Positions 23,185 through 36,135 are shown, counted from the whole stretch's first letter. The stretch is 63,750 bases of DNA, filler included, from Aduncisulcus paluster (GCA_024181965.1; 4 parts of 4 records of this genome joined end to end with filler, not necessarily neighbours in it), one strand, 5' to 3'. The notes: a model not told the origin generated them from the sequence alone. Numbers and translations are program-made.

Positions 23185-25498
23185 TCATTCCTTTTCACTT
23201 TTTCGGCATCTTCGTTCGAAATCTCTTGCCAAAGCGACCATTTTCTTCCTGAACAATTCAAATCGTTGATACGCACCGGGTTTTCCAACCGTTCGAATAT
23301 TCCTCTCAAGTCGAGTCCATAAATCTTGTACATTTTTCCTCAATTCCATTTCGTCCGGGTCAATTTCTGAAAGAATAACAGATATATGCTCCCTTAACAA
23401 GAGAAGAGGGGGTTTGATCGCTGCTGCAATCTCAATGGATTTGTTCTTTCGAGATGTCAGCGAAGAAGTGGAAGAAGAACGTTTAAAAATGCTCGAAATA
23501 TACGCGGATGGCCCATTTTGGGATGATTTGGGTGACCCAGATTGCTGAATGGAATCTAAATCTTCCTCGAACTCCTCATCTTCCACTTCATCAGTAGAAG
23601 TTATATCGGTTTCTTTCCGCTTCTTTCGCATCATTGAAGCTGCTGCAGCCCTTCTAAGAGCAGTTGCAACACTCACTGCGTTGATCTTGGCAATAACATA
23701 CTCAACACAAGGTCCACGGAGATGCTGAGTTCTCGACAATTCTCCTCGGTCGACAGTTATCAGGTCACCACAGAGAGATGATGCCTGGATGAACTTGTGG
23801 CCAAGGGTATCAGTGTAGGATATATAAATGGACATGAGAGGAATTCTATATTTAGACACGGCCGGATGAATGTACTCCATCTTGACGAGCATATCGATAG
23901 GTTCACCCCCAGTCACAGGTCCACAGTGAACCCCACGATACGATACGCGGCCAGCAGTGATCAAGGAACTCAGTTGGGCTCGTTTGCGGTGAGAAGAAGG
24001 AGAATCGATCATTGATGATGAAGGAGAGGATGGTCGGTGACCTTGTGTGAGGAGAGTATTGGCCGGTTGGGAGACGGCAATTGACGTCCCAGGTGGCATG
24101 TTTTCACAAGGGTAGCCGACAATATCAGAGATTACAACCCCATCATGTCCAACAATCTCAACTAGAAGGTTATGGGCCAAAACAGCATCGAAGTATGCCA
24201 ACTCCATCTCCAAGCAATACTGAAGTTCACTGTCATTCTCAACAAATATGAACCTCCCCTTTCCTTCGTCCGCCACGGCCATCAACAATTCATCATTGAA
24301 GAGAGCTCCAACTCCAACTGTTGTGACTGTGATTCCAAGCTGTTGCATTCGATTTACACACTTAATTACTTCTTTATCTTCTTCAGAACTTCTCCCATCG
24401 CTAACAACAATGATGTGTTTCCTGCCTCCTCGATCACCAGTGTCAAGATGCGACGAAGAAAGCGTGTTGGTGGCCATGGTCAGGGCAGGGATCATATTTG
24501 TGCCTCCAGATGGGTTCAATCTGTTGATGGCATTGACAGCCGAGGAATATCCGGCCCCTTTAAGTTTGCTCTGGGTGACGTTTGCAAGGCATATCTGTGG
24601 CTTGTCGTTGAACGAAATAGCATGGAGAGTGTCTTTTTCTTTCAACATGGACAAAACACTGGTGGCAGCTTGCTTTAACGCAGCAATACGCTTCCCGCGC
24701 ATGGAAGATGAACAATCAAGAACAAGACAAATATGAGAATGATGACGAGGCAAAAATGATGGGTCGATGACTCCTTTGAGTTGAATACGGCTCCACGTTG
24801 TGACTTTATCACCTTGGGAGTACACAAACTTCCCAGCGGCGAGTTCTGCACGCATTTGCAAAGGAGGACGTTTCCTTGAGCGTTCCGAGAAAGGGTGAGG
24901 CTTTGCATCAACCCTTGTGTGTCCTGGAACATATTGCATATTTGTAGAGCTCGAGAAAGATAAGGATAATCGAGGAGACGAATAAGCACGTGCTCCACTG
25001 CTGAGCTTTCCAAGGGGAGAAGGTGAGGTATGTTGCTGATCGGATTGAGGTGGGTCAGATGTGACTGCGGGACCACTGAAAGCTCTTGGTCTCCCTGGAA
25101 ATGATGGTCTTCTTGTTTGTGACTGTGGAGGAGGAGAAGGAGGGGGATGCGGGTGGAAATAGGATTCAATGTCATGCTTTGAATGGTCTGGATTGGAGGA
25201 CGAAGATTGGACAATTGGATCCATGGATTGCTCAAGAGTCGGACTATTATCGTGTGAAGTGTTGAATCGAAAAGAGGAGGTTCTGAGAGATGACTGAGTG
25301 AGGGGAGAAGAATGAAGGGGAGATGATGAATTACGGTGAAAGTCAAGATGGCCAAAGGAAGAAGAACGTTTGGCTCTCGGAGGGGTGGCAACCATGGGAT
25401 TGGATAATGGAGAAGAATCACGTTGAAGAGGAGATCGAGCAGATTTGCTCAGGGGAGACGATGTGCCTGGAGATTGGGAAGGCCGCTTGCCGACGAAT
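23185..25498 (-). CDS. von Willebrand factor A domain protein, probably 5'-truncated at the scaffold end
   Basis: MIDAS residues in LVLDCSSSM, GGTNM and VVSDG. The frame stays open upstream of ATG 25395 (FVGKRPSQSPG...) up to the linker. Confidence 0.85.
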
Positions 25499-25598
25499 NN
25501 NNNNNNNNNNNNNNNNNNNNNNNNNNNNNNNNNNNNNNNNNNTTAATTAATTAANNNNNNNNNNNNNNNNNNNNNNNNNNNNNNNNNNNNNNNNNNNN
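25499..25598. other. Artificial scaffold linker N44-TTAATTAATTAA-N44
   Basis: 100-nt spacer with stops in all six frames; repeated at 51924 and 59144. Confidence 0.95.
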
Positions 25599-26678
25599 AA
25601 GATCCCATCCACGAACAATACAACATTTTGAGATGGAGATATCAGATTTGTCAGCTTTTGTGGAGAAGGAAGAAGATGAAGAAGACCCAAAGGTAGATCT
25701 GGATTGATTGAACGCACTTCCTCCTCCAAACCCAGATCTAGGTTGAGCGAATGGTTTTGGTGCAACAATCCCAGGAAATCCAATTGCTGTTCCCAATTCT
25801 AATCGTTTCTTTACACACGCCTTATATTCACTCAACAGATCATCCTTGAAGGACTCAAGCCCTTGGATCCATGGGGGAAGCTTTTTGGGGGAGATAGGAA
25901 CAAGTTCATAACATTTCCGAACAATATTAAAATTCACTTCAAGACACTTGCCTGAGCTTGTCAATAAGAAATCCCTGTGCTTTGAGGACACGACATATGG
26001 GATTGTCGTCAACAATGAACCGAAAGTGTTCCCATACATGGACATGACAGGAAGACGGATGGAAGGAGCAGAGGATACACTCGAGGAATCCATCTTCTCA
26101 CCTGTCTCCTCCTCTTCATCTTTCTTTGATACTCCCTTCAATCCACTCACATGGGGTGACATATGAGCAGACGGTTTTACATCTTCCCATAAAGGTTGGA
26201 ACGGTTCACAAGATCCATACTTTCGAGCACAGATAAGCACATTATTCCCATCTTTCACCATGGATGGAGGGAAAAATGACACAACGTATTCTTTCTTTCC
26301 ACATTGGAGATAGAAACTGTCAATATTAGACCCACTATTTCCAATTCTGCTTAAACCCGATTCAAGACTTTTATCTTTATCTAAAGAAAATATATTGTTA
26401 ACAGGTCTAGCGCCTTTTGTGGCTCCAAAGCCTTGATATCGTATACCAAGCGGCTCTTCTATGGAAGAAATCCTAGAGTGCGAAAATAGGATGGAATAAG
26501 CTTGTTCATCGATTAAAGGACAAATATCAAAATCTTGTTTCCCATCCAAATCATGTTTTAACTTGAAATGCAAGATTCCACTCACAAATCCATCGTTTGT
26601 TCTTGCGAGTTTTCCACATAATTTCATGTGATCTAGATCACCATGATAACATTTTATATCTGGAATATTAATATCCAT
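25599..26678 (-). CDS. Hypothetical protein, 3'-truncated by the scaffold end
   Basis: ATG 26678, frame open for 360 codons into the linker; no family recognised. Confidence 0.7.
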
Positions 26679-27231
26679 CGCTTGGTCAGGACAAAAATTT
26701 CGTGGGATGCTGCAAAATAATCACTTTTCACATTTCGTGGCAATATTCGACGTTTTGGTCGCTCTGAATCAGATTTCAATATTTCCCTTGAACCAACATA
26801 AATATTCATAAACATTTATCACTATCCACATGTAGTATATTGGTTGTTTAATGCTCTATTATGTTTATTTTGCAAGCGATTCATTCGACGATCGTTTTTG
26901 AGTGCTTGGAGTGCATGGAACATACAAATACCTCCTCTTTCTCTTCATGTTCATTTTCTCTATTACAAACAAACATCGTTGTCATGTGTATGAAGTGTCC
27001 ATTGGACACTGTCCAATAATCACAAGCTTGACATTTGCAAGCTCTCGATATAACAGATCGATTGTTTGTGTAAAGATGGATATTAAATGATTTATTTAAG
27101 TTCCAAGCTCATATATATTGTATAATCAAGATGCCAAAGAAAAATAATAAGACGTATCTACATATAATGTCAATACAATTATAAAAGACAAAGATTGAAC
27201 GCTTTTGAGAGAGTCTGTTGAGACGGAAGAA

Positions 27232-30200
27232 TCATTCTTCAGGAGGAATATCAGCGAATGGAAGGGAAGCAAAGAAATCCCCCACAGCGGCAAAACCACT
27301 CTCACGATCGCAGAAACTCTTCTCATATACCAGCCTTTCAAAGAACTCACCGCTTACCTCCTCTTCTCCCCTTACTCGCATACTGAGTTCCCGCTTGAGT
27401 TTGGCGGCAGTTCTAAATTTATCCTCACAAATGACACATTTCCCATCCAATGGAGCACATCTTTTATGGAAGGAATGACCACAGAAGAAATGCACAACGG
27501 GCAGAGAAAGACGATCTCCACACATGGAGCACATCGAAGCTGAGAAATTCTTAGGCCGTGTCTTCAAAGAATCAATTTCTTTCTCCTTACTGAAAACAGA
27601 GGATTCAAGTTCTCCGATTTCTCCTTTCAATTCATCAATCTTGGTAGAAAGAGAGGTCACAACATCAACGAAATAGTCCTTTAAAAGACCAAATGGAGCA
27701 CTTCTTTTGGCTCTCTTGGTTACTTTCATTTTATCACCGGTCGTTTCAGCTCCTTTCTCATCTTTCTCACCTTCAATCAACCCCTGTGCCGTTCCAGATG
27801 TCTCACCTTTCCCTTTTCCTTTGTCTTTTCCTTCCCTGTTCTCTTCTCCGACATCCAAACGACACAACAACCTTAAAATCTCCAGAGGTTGAGCGACATT
27901 GTGTTTGGTAAATAGTTTTAAAATTTCATAAATAAATTGCTTGTCCCGGCTAATGACAAAAAACCGAAGAACCTGAACACAAACAGACTTATCAATATCA
28001 GCAGGAGTCTTGGCTGCAGCGAGATGCTTCTTAAAGCTGTCAATTACATGGATTGGCATATTCATTTTCATGAAATGACGAAGGGTCTCGGCGTGCATTG
28101 CATGCTTTTCATACACTCTAAGACATCCATCATCAAATTCATACATACGGCATAACGTCACGGTGTGGTACACATCAAGACACTCTGAACTCAAAGAGGA
28201 GATCAAGGAAAGTGACGCATTCTTGTATTCCTCGATATTTTTCTTCAATGTAAGTTGTTGAGTCCTGAAATGATCGACATCTGGGCACGATTCCGGTGTG
28301 AGAGTGTTCAAATTATGCTTGTACATCTGGATCCGCTCAAGATAAAGCTCCAGAAGAGCACTGTACACGGCAGGACCATTCTCCGCCGGTGACAATGCAT
28401 CCTTACAGAACTCAAGGAATCTCAGCAAATGCCAGTCTCGATTGATGAATAGATGGATCAAGTTAGAAGGAGCAACCCTGAATGCCTTCGATCCAGCTTC
28501 AAGATCTTCTTCCTCTGAAAGGGTCAAGAAGGCAGTAGGATCATACATTGTGCCAAGTCTATCACGAGTCGTGGGTTTCACATTTCCGAGGTCAGTCTTT
28601 TCCATATCATACATCAAGGCTGGAGTGTTCGAAGTGAGGGAGAAGAGAGATGGATCATCCACAAGCTCCCTGTTAGCCACTTTGGTTGCTTCTTCTTTCA
28701 CAGTCATGTCCATACGACCCTTGGGGATCTTTCCTTCCGCAACAAGATCATTTCTGGCCTGTTTACACTGAGCAAGGGCAGCGATACAGCAAGCAGGAGT
28801 ATAATTGGTCACCAGATAACATGCAAGGAGAGTGAACAACTCGGGGAGATCAGATACCATCTTAACACCATAAGTACCAATGGCACGCATGACCTGAATG
28901 ATACTAAAGTTTGTAATGTACCCCATGGCACCCAAGGAGTCGTTGACCTCCATGAAAAGCTTAACGACCTCAGAATGGTCCTTGAACATCTTGGCAACGA
29001 TCATGGCAAGAATTCGACTCCCACTTCGTCTACAGGTTGCAATAGCCACTTGAGGATCAAAGGAGACGGACCCAGACCCAGTTGAGTGTTCCTTGAATGC
29101 AGCCTTCAAGAGTTCCTCAAGTTTGGCAGAGAATGAGACAAGATCGCCATCCTCATCGATATCTCCTTCCCTCTTCCTCTTCTCCTCAAGGGCGAGTTTC
29201 TGCTCCTCGGCCTCGTCGTCCTCAACCACTCCATCATATTTCATGTGGATGGCAGATTTCTTCTTGTAACTAAACCCTTCAAATCGATCATCATCCTCTT
29301 TCCCAGCATCCTTGATCTTCTTTTCTTCAGCCTCAGCCTTTTCTTTGGTTTTCGCCTCCTTTTGTTTGTTAACCCTGTCTATTTCAAGCTTATTGTAGCA
29401 ATTCAAGAGAAGATTAATATGTTCTTTGGTTGCTTTCCCACGCCTATGTAGACATTCAAGATATCTGACAAGCGGACGGATCTGCTGAACATCGAGGAAC
29501 TTCCGAACAACATAACTGACCGGTAATCCGGTTCCAATGGTCTCCATGAACACATCAGCAGCTTCAGAGTACTTACACTGCTCGAACAAGTGGTCTCCAT
29601 ATCGTTTCTGGATATCACTGACACGACTGCCATCATGCTTACACAGATCAAGTGCGGCATTGAATAAACGATGTTCATATAAAATGCTCAATTTCTTCTC
29701 AATACTTACTTCACTGAGCCTGGAAAGGTTTCCACGACCACTCAGAACAAAGACATCGACTCCACCACCTCCACTCTCGACAAAACGAACATCTCTCACA
29801 CCCTCAACCATACCATGGAAGAGGACAAGTCGATGGCGCACATCCACAACAGTCAATATATCAGTGGGGAGGTTTGTACCTCGAAGACCGATGGAACTGA
29901 CATTTGCAGATGAGGATGAAGCTATAGAACGATGCCCACGTGATCCTATCATTCCACTAAAGACCAACGGAGGAGCGATCTGTCCAAGCCAGCCCTGTTC
30001 GGCGTCTTCTTTGCCCATGGATCCAAGAGTATCCGAGCTAACTTCCCCTTCAATACAACAGCCTATTCCAGCGGGATCAACAGAAACCACGCCTTTGCCC
30101 AATGTTTCTGGCTGTTGTAATACAACAATAAGGTGTTTGTGCACAGATACAGAGAGTTTGGAGCCTGTGAGAGGAATAGGTTGGAAAGACTTACAACTGT

Positions 30201-31611
30201 CGGTCTTCTCCCGATCACCACGTTCTTTCTTGGAATTTCCAGCCGTAATCCTAAACAATCTAATTATGTTATCCATTCCAACGATTCCAAGCCCTTGTTG
30301 GGGATTCATTTGGAAGGCCCATCTATCTGCACCTCGTTCTTCGAGCACGGTAGCCCTTGTGATCACACACGTGCAACTTCCACCATCCGAGGAGGTCACT
30401 CCAACCCCGAATGCAGCAATGGCGGCATCACGAGCAGCAGGATCTGTCCCATCCCCACCAATTGAACTAGCTCCATCAGATGGACTGGAAGAAGCACCGG
30501 AGATATCAGAGGAAGGGGTGGGAACGGAGGCAATTGGAATCGGCTGGTGGAGAGCAGCCGCCTGTTGTTGTTGCAAAGCCGATTTGGGAACTTTTCCGGC
30601 AATGGTATATGAAACCAAGGCACCCTCTTTAATAGTATCGGCGAAAAAACTTGTAAGAACGGTAGCTAGTTTTGAATGTTTCTCAGTGATCACGACACGG
30701 CTCTTTTCATATCTCTTGGGATCTTGTAGACTATCAGGGACAGAAATACGAGAAAATGGAGGATGTGGAGATACAGCAGTTGACGAACTGCTTTCCATAT
30801 TCTTTCTGAGATATGAATGTGAGTTTCCAAGCACTAGGAATAGATATAAACGATTCTTTTTGGGAGTGTTCAAATAGGGTCGGGTTGATTGCCACTGAAG
30901 GCCGTTAATCGGACTCGGATGGGGCACTTCACACACTCGAATATTCTTGGCTTTCACAAAATCTCCATACAAAATTAACAACCGACCACTATTGAATCCG
31001 ATAGCACAGAAAGTTAAAGTGGGAGCAAGAGCAAATGAAGTAATTGGTGAAAAGGTTAGAGGAACAGTTGGTTCTACGGCACCAATTACAGTGGCCTGTG
31101 TGAGATCATCGATTTGGGAAGGGAAAGATGCAACAGGATAATGCCGAACAAGAACTGGAGGTTGTAGTGGAATAACTGTCTCAATTTTATATATAGCAAG
31201 CATATATGGAATTCCGTGAGTGCAAGGAAAAGGTCTTTTCACAGAAGCATCTTCATATCCATCCTGAGCACTTAAAGGATTGGCAATACCAATGACAGCA
31301 AAGATATTATCCCTCTCAACCACACGAGAATCTTTAACGGTGTATTCACGATGTTGAGGAGCTGATATATACATGATTCCTCCTTTAAATGGGGTGTCTT
31401 GAATCATCCAAGAAATAGATCTACCTTGTTGTTGAGAAAAATACAAATGACCGCATGAATCACCCGCAATGATCATTCCTTTTCCAGTAATATCCATACT
31501 TGTGATCGCAGCACCACTACCAACCGTCTCTTCAAGAGAGGGGTATTCATCGATCTTTTTAATAGCATCAGGCACAAAAAATGGTAATTTTTGTGTAATT
31601 TTAAGATTCAT
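27232..31611 (-). CDS. VPS11: Vacuolar protein sorting 11 (CORVET/HOPS core subunit)
   Basis: YGDHLF..SYVVRKFLDVQQIRPLVRYLECLH..HINLLLNCYNKL and a C-terminal RING CSMCGDRLSLPVVHFFCGHSFHKRC..CVIC; beta-propeller-like N-terminus. Confidence 0.93.
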   Translation of the reverse strand: MNLKITQKLPFFVPDAIKKIDEYPSLEETVGSGAAITSMDITGKGMIIAGDSCGHLYFSQQQGRSISWMIQDTPFKGGIMYISAPQHREYTVKDSRVVERDNIFAVIGIANPLSAQDGYEDASVKRPFPCTHGIPYMLAIYKIETVIPLQPPVLVRHYPVASFPSQIDDLTQATVIGAVEPTVPLTFSPITSFALAPTLTFCAIGFNSGRLLILYGDFVKAKNIRVCEVPHPSPINGLQWQSTRPYLNTPKKNRLYLFLVLGNSHSYLRKNMESSSSTAVSPHPPFSRISVPDSLQDPKRYEKSRVVITEKHSKLATVLTSFFADTIKEGALVSYTIAGKVPKSALQQQQAAALHQPIPIASVPTPSSDISGASSSPSDGASSIGGDGTDPAARDAAIAAFGVGVTSSDGGSCTCVITRATVLEERGADRWAFQMNPQQGLGIVGMDNIIRLFRITAGNSKKERGDREKTDSCKSFQPIPLTGSKLSVSVHKHLIVVLQQPETLGKGVVSVDPAGIGCCIEGEVSSDTLGSMGKEDAEQGWLGQIAPPLVFSGMIGSRGHRSIASSSSANVSSIGLRGTNLPTDILTVVDVRHRLVLFHGMVEGVRDVRFVESGGGGVDVFVLSGRGNLSRLSEVSIEKKLSILYEHRLFNAALDLCKHDGSRVSDIQKRYGDHLFEQCKYSEAADVFMETIGTGLPVSYVVRKFLDVQQIRPLVRYLECLHRRGKATKEHINLLLNCYNKLEIDRVNKQKEAKTKEKAEAEEKKIKDAGKEDDDRFEGFSYKKKSAIHMKYDGVVEDDEAEEQKLALEEKRKREGDIDEDGDLVSFSAKLEELLKAAFKEHSTGSGSVSFDPQVAIATCRRSGSRILAMIVAKMFKDHSEVVKLFMEVNDSLGAMGYITNFSIIQVMRAIGTYGVKMVSDLPELFTLLACYLVTNYTPACCIAALAQCKQARNDLVAEGKIPKGRMDMTVKEEATKVANRELVDDPSLFSLTSNTPALMYDMEKTDLGNVKPTTRDRLGTMYDPTAFLTLSEEEDLEAGSKAFRVAPSNLIHLFINRDWHLLRFLEFCKDALSPAENGPAVYSALLELYLERIQMYKHNLNTLTPESCPDVDHFRTQQLTLKKNIEEYKNASLSLISSLSSECLDVYHTVTLCRMYEFDDGCLRVYEKHAMHAETLRHFMKMNMPIHVIDSFKKHLAAAKTPADIDKSVCVQVLRFFVISRDKQFIYEILKLFTKHNVAQPLEILRLLCRLDVGEENREGKDKGKGKGETSGTAQGLIEGEKDEKGAETTGDKMKVTKRAKRSAPFGLLKDYFVDVVTSLSTKIDELKGEIGELESSVFSKEKEIDSLKTRPKNFSASMCSMCGDRLSLPVVHFFCGHSFHKRCAPLDGKCVICEDKFRTAAKLKRELSMRVRGEEEVSGEFFERLVYEKSFCDRESGFAAVGDFFASLPFADIPPEE

Positions 31612-31825
31612 TTAATCAACTCTCCTTTGAAGTGTGTCTGATGTTTTGAAATGTGGTCAAACAAGAGCCCTTATTCTATTTTCCGAAATAAAATGCAAAG
31701 TAATACATTAAAACCAAACCAAATGTTATATTATAGTTTTAGCTCGATTTAGTATTTCGGTTTTTTGGTACTTCTTATAATTCTAGATTTTTTTATTTTT
31801 TTCATGTTGGCACCCAATTAAGAAC

Positions 31826-34800
31826 ATGGGACATTCAACAATATACGTAGTTGGACAGAATGGTGTTGGTATGTTATAATTAAAGGATTTTTGTTCTGTT
31901 TGTGTGTCTTTTTTCGGCAATTTCTGATTTTTTTGTTGTATTGTTTATTATTTCGTCAAATCATATATTTTAGGATGTAATTCTCTAATCAAGAAGATAT
32001 TATCACTTTCAGAAAACAAAGAAAAGAACACAATTCAAATTTCAGATAGTAAGACAGGAGTTACCGAATCCGTTGAGTTCCGTCGGCCCTCAGCGTTTGA
32101 ATTAGAAAAATCTATGGCAGTTCACTCCATAAATGATTGTATATTTAGTGATTCTATTGGTATTTTTGTTTTATATTCGATTCATGATGCATCTTCCTTT
32201 AAAAGAGCTTGTAAAATTATAAATTGTCCTGCAGTTCAGCAATGTCCATTAAAAATGTTTATTGGAACACATTTTGATATGCAAGATAAACGAGAAATTG
32301 ATACAGGTTCAGCTTCAGAGGAAGCAAAGGATGCAAATGCTTTTTTTCTAGAAGTGTCAAATACTACCGGAACTAATTTGACATTGTTTCTTAAAATATT
32401 TAAAACCCGTCTATTTGCCATTAGAAATAGATTAAAGATGCAGGAAGCAGAGATACCGTCCCCAGAGAAGAAAATTCCGATTGATGAATCATCTGAACAT
32501 TACGCACCAGTCTCACGAAGCCACGCTCCTCATGTCACAATATCTGATCGTCCTGGAACATTGTCTGGCGATAGAACTCATTCTCTTCCGCCCTCTCTCA
32601 TCACAAAGCCCATAAATGAAGAGGAATCAAGGTATCAACGTCCCAACAATACTCATGAATATATCGAAGCACCTCCACCCATACCTCCATCAACAGAGCC
32701 TGCCGTGGACTCTCATGCCTCGATGATGACACTCCTTTCCTCATATCTCCCTCCAGACATGCATGGCTATCACGATGATCGAAGAGCAGAGAGTCGGAGC
32801 ACCTCTTTGACAAGGGATGGCACTATTCATGACAACCGTTATGACGATTCTTCCGTCCGTCAAATGACTCCCGCAGCTGATGATTTCTTGTCTCCTGGCG
32901 CTCCTCATGAAGACTACCATAAACTCCCCTATCATGTAGACAAACAACAACATGTACCCACGTCATCCTCTGCAACATTAGAGTCCCTTGATGACATTCT
33001 TAGTAGATACAGAACATCGGACATCATCGTAAGAAGGGCAGATCCCATTGGATCATCTTCCATTGCATCCTCCTCCCCAGACAAGGGTTCCTACTCCTCA
33101 TCGACGCATATTAGTGGCCACGGACAGCCGCCGAGAGAGCAGAGTTTGGATTCACATGAGCGGAAGAAGAGAGAAGAGGCATTGAGGCGTGAGGAAGAAT
33201 GGAGGAGGAAAGAGAGGGAAGAACTTCAAAGGTTGGATGATATTCACTCTGAAAGCCAATCAAGGAGGAAAATTCTGTCAACATCAGCCCCTCGAGCATC
33301 AGAGTCCTCCGAAAGATCGTATTCCTCCTCAACGATTCGTGATCGACTTCATCCAACATCGGTGAGCAGTGGTCCGGTTCATACTGAAAGGAGACGTCAA
33401 GAGAAGGAAGAGAAGAAGAGAAGAGAGGAAGAGGAGAGGAGAAGAGAGGAAGAGGAAAGAAGGAAATATCGTGAAGATTCACACCATCGTGTATCGTCTG
33501 TGCCTGAATATCCCCCAAGACCTGATGGAAGGTCTTCACATCCTATGGGAGTATCATCAGATACAGCTCACAATTTCTCTGGAACTACCATGGACTTTGT
33601 TCGTAACATGGATCGTGTCAAGAGCATTCATCCGACATTATCAACAGCACAGCAAAGAAATCTCCATGAAGTTCCCATCCATCCCGAGATGGCTAGCTTT
33701 CCGGGACCAACGAGGGACTTGACTCTGTCTTCCATTCAACACCCATCTGAGATTCCTTCTACAATGCACCCAAGAAGAGAGGAGGAAGAAGATCACTCAC
33801 TCCACTTCGACGCTAGCCGGTATATTACCGGTGAGCCGGCAGGAGATCTCGTCGACTATTTTGAGACTCGGAATGGGAAGAAGGTTCCTGTTATCAGTTG
33901 TGACTTGCTTTCTGTCGACACTGAGGATGTCCTTCCTGAACCGGGGATCCGTGCTATTCTGTCGAGAAAACCGGCCACTAGCCGGCTTGAACCGTTGGAA
34001 GTTGGCGAAATGCGGACAAAACCTCTTTACCCACTAACTCGTAAAGGTGATTTATCTCCACTTGCTGCTGGTCCAGCCTCTATGTTATTCGGAACAACCA
34101 AACCAACCGGTCATCTCGGTGGCAAACCGACAGAATCTGGAAAGAAATCGGCCCATTCCCACGGTTCAAAATCCCCTCAAGTTAGATCCAGTTATGCTTT
34201 TGGAACTCCATTTTCACCCAAACCAACACACCCAATTCGGAAACCGGAGCTTCCGTCTTCTAAATCGACTCCCATCATACTTGATATAACTTTACCAACC
34301 GGTAGAAGTGCCCAAATATCGGCTAAAAGCGATGACAATGCCTTCCTTCTTGCCGAAGAGTTCATAGAATCCAACTCTCTCCCCAGAGCCATGCTCAAAC
34401 AGCTCACTGAACTTATTCAGAGTGAGATATCTCTATTTTTAGAGCAAGAAGAGAAAGAATTCGAAGAAAGGAGAGAAGAGACACTTCGGAAGAATGCTGT
34501 TGGTCAACCCCCAGTACTTGGAAAAGATCGGATTCGGCGGGATTACCATCGTTCAAAGACGCAACATACAATGCCTTCATACACTCCACACGGACCTAAT
34601 ATAAGCTCTGATACTTTCTCTCCAAGTGGACTCAGCTCCACGCAGCTTGAAGACTCTGTTTTGTCACCCACACCGATTAACAAACCGCTCTTTGAGATTC
34701 CTGTTGACTTTGGATACCGGAAGAAAGGACGCATCTGTGTTCGTGAAGGTGATCATCCTCGGTCACTGGCTCGTAACTTTGCCAGAATATTTTCTTTGAG

Positions 34801-34885
34801 GAAGCACGAAACTGATGCACTTGTTGCAATCATTCAACGTGAACTTTCAATGTTTTATTTACAGCGTGAAGAGGGAGCCTTATAA
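31826..34885 (+). CDS. Spliced gene: degenerate Ras/Rab-like GTPase domain, long disordered linker and two PFU-like domains (984 aa)
   Basis: Exon 1 31826-31868 (MGHSTIYVVGQNGV), intron 31869-31973, exon 2 31974-34885 in frame with track ORF 32114. GTPase-fold motifs GIFVLYSIHDASSF, FIGTHFD and FLEVSNTTGTN. Confidence 0.8.
31869..31973 (+). other. Spliceosomal intron, 105 nt, GTATGT...TTTTAG
   Basis: Removal restores the P-loop strand and the reading frame. Confidence 0.85.
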
Positions 34886-36135
34886 GAATGACAATTGAAG
34901 AATCAACACTGGTGGAATATTATTTTTAAATTTTTTTTTTCAACTTATTTATTTTCTCGAATAATATTATTTATTTATAAAATATTTTACCCATCTTGCT
35001 TCTTCTACTTTATCATAGGGGTTATTCCGGCAGTCTGGCATCTATCCAATTCCCAAATCGATCATATATATTCTCTCATTATGTAACTCATATAGAAAAT
35101 ACATTTTATGAGCAATATTCAATCCGTGAATAGATTTCCTCTGAAGAGGATCACATCATGTGCCAACATGATGTTGTGTCAACTTGATGTGTTGAACACT
35201 TGATTAATTTCATCAGTAATTAGGGCAGTTACAATTGTAACTATTGTTATTCTGCCTACTCATTTATATCGTATAATTTAGCAAGAGAAGATGAAATAAA
35301 AACTGTATTCATTTCTTTTGGTTTGTATTCGGTGAGAACTTCAAGTAAGAAGTACTATATGACATTTGAATCGGTCACACACACAAAATTTATTTTTTGG
35401 CCGCGAAGCTAAATATTCTAAAATTCTTGTCGCCTTTAATATATTAAATTATGGAATGATGATGATGAAATTGAAGAGATTATCCCTAATATCATAGATT
35501 CTGTGCTCCCAATAACTCATTGAGTATTATTCGAATAGACCCTGAAAGTCACACCAGATGAATCCATTGAATGGATTCCATTGGTTCAAATCTAATATTT
35601 TGTTTATTGAAGGCTATTCATCTCAGAAATTTTCATTATTTCAAGTGGATTTCCCAAATTCATTTCAAAATGGGCTATTATTCAATTCAGATCATTATCG
35701 ATCACAAAATAGTATAGTGTAGTGTAGTATTATACTAAGTATATCCATGACACTGAGAGTTAGAGACAGAGATTTCCTGCCAGGAATCTGTGCTGAATCA
35801 GTTTCGGAGAGCCTCTGAATGAACTCCACAAGGGCTTAAGACGCTTAAGAACAACGATTTTATTTTCTTGGAAACCTTATGTGCAGAATTCAAGTTTGTT
35901 GAATTGGCTTCAAATCACAACGATTTAAGCAGAAAAGAGGATGATTGAACATGTCATCTTCATCTCTCAAAGTTAAACTAATGAAAATTCCTAAAATGAA
36001 AGACAATAAACAAATATGCAAAACAAAACATCGAATAGATGATGCAATTAATGCCCACGAAATGTAATAAATATTCAAGCTTGAGAGGTGTCAAAAGATC
36101 ATCTCTCTCTGTCTCTCTCTGATATTTTATCTGGT

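Noticed and set aside
25543..25554. TTAATTAATTAA palindrome recurring three times
   Set aside because: Always centred in 88 Ns; an artificial all-frame-stop linker, not biology.
29537..30877. 446-aa antisense ORF inside VPS11
   Set aside because: Codon-aligned shadow of a conserved gene with no motifs of its own.
35766..35800. U6 snRNA because of an ACAGAGA box
   Set aside because: The AGC triad and internal stem-loop that must follow are absent.
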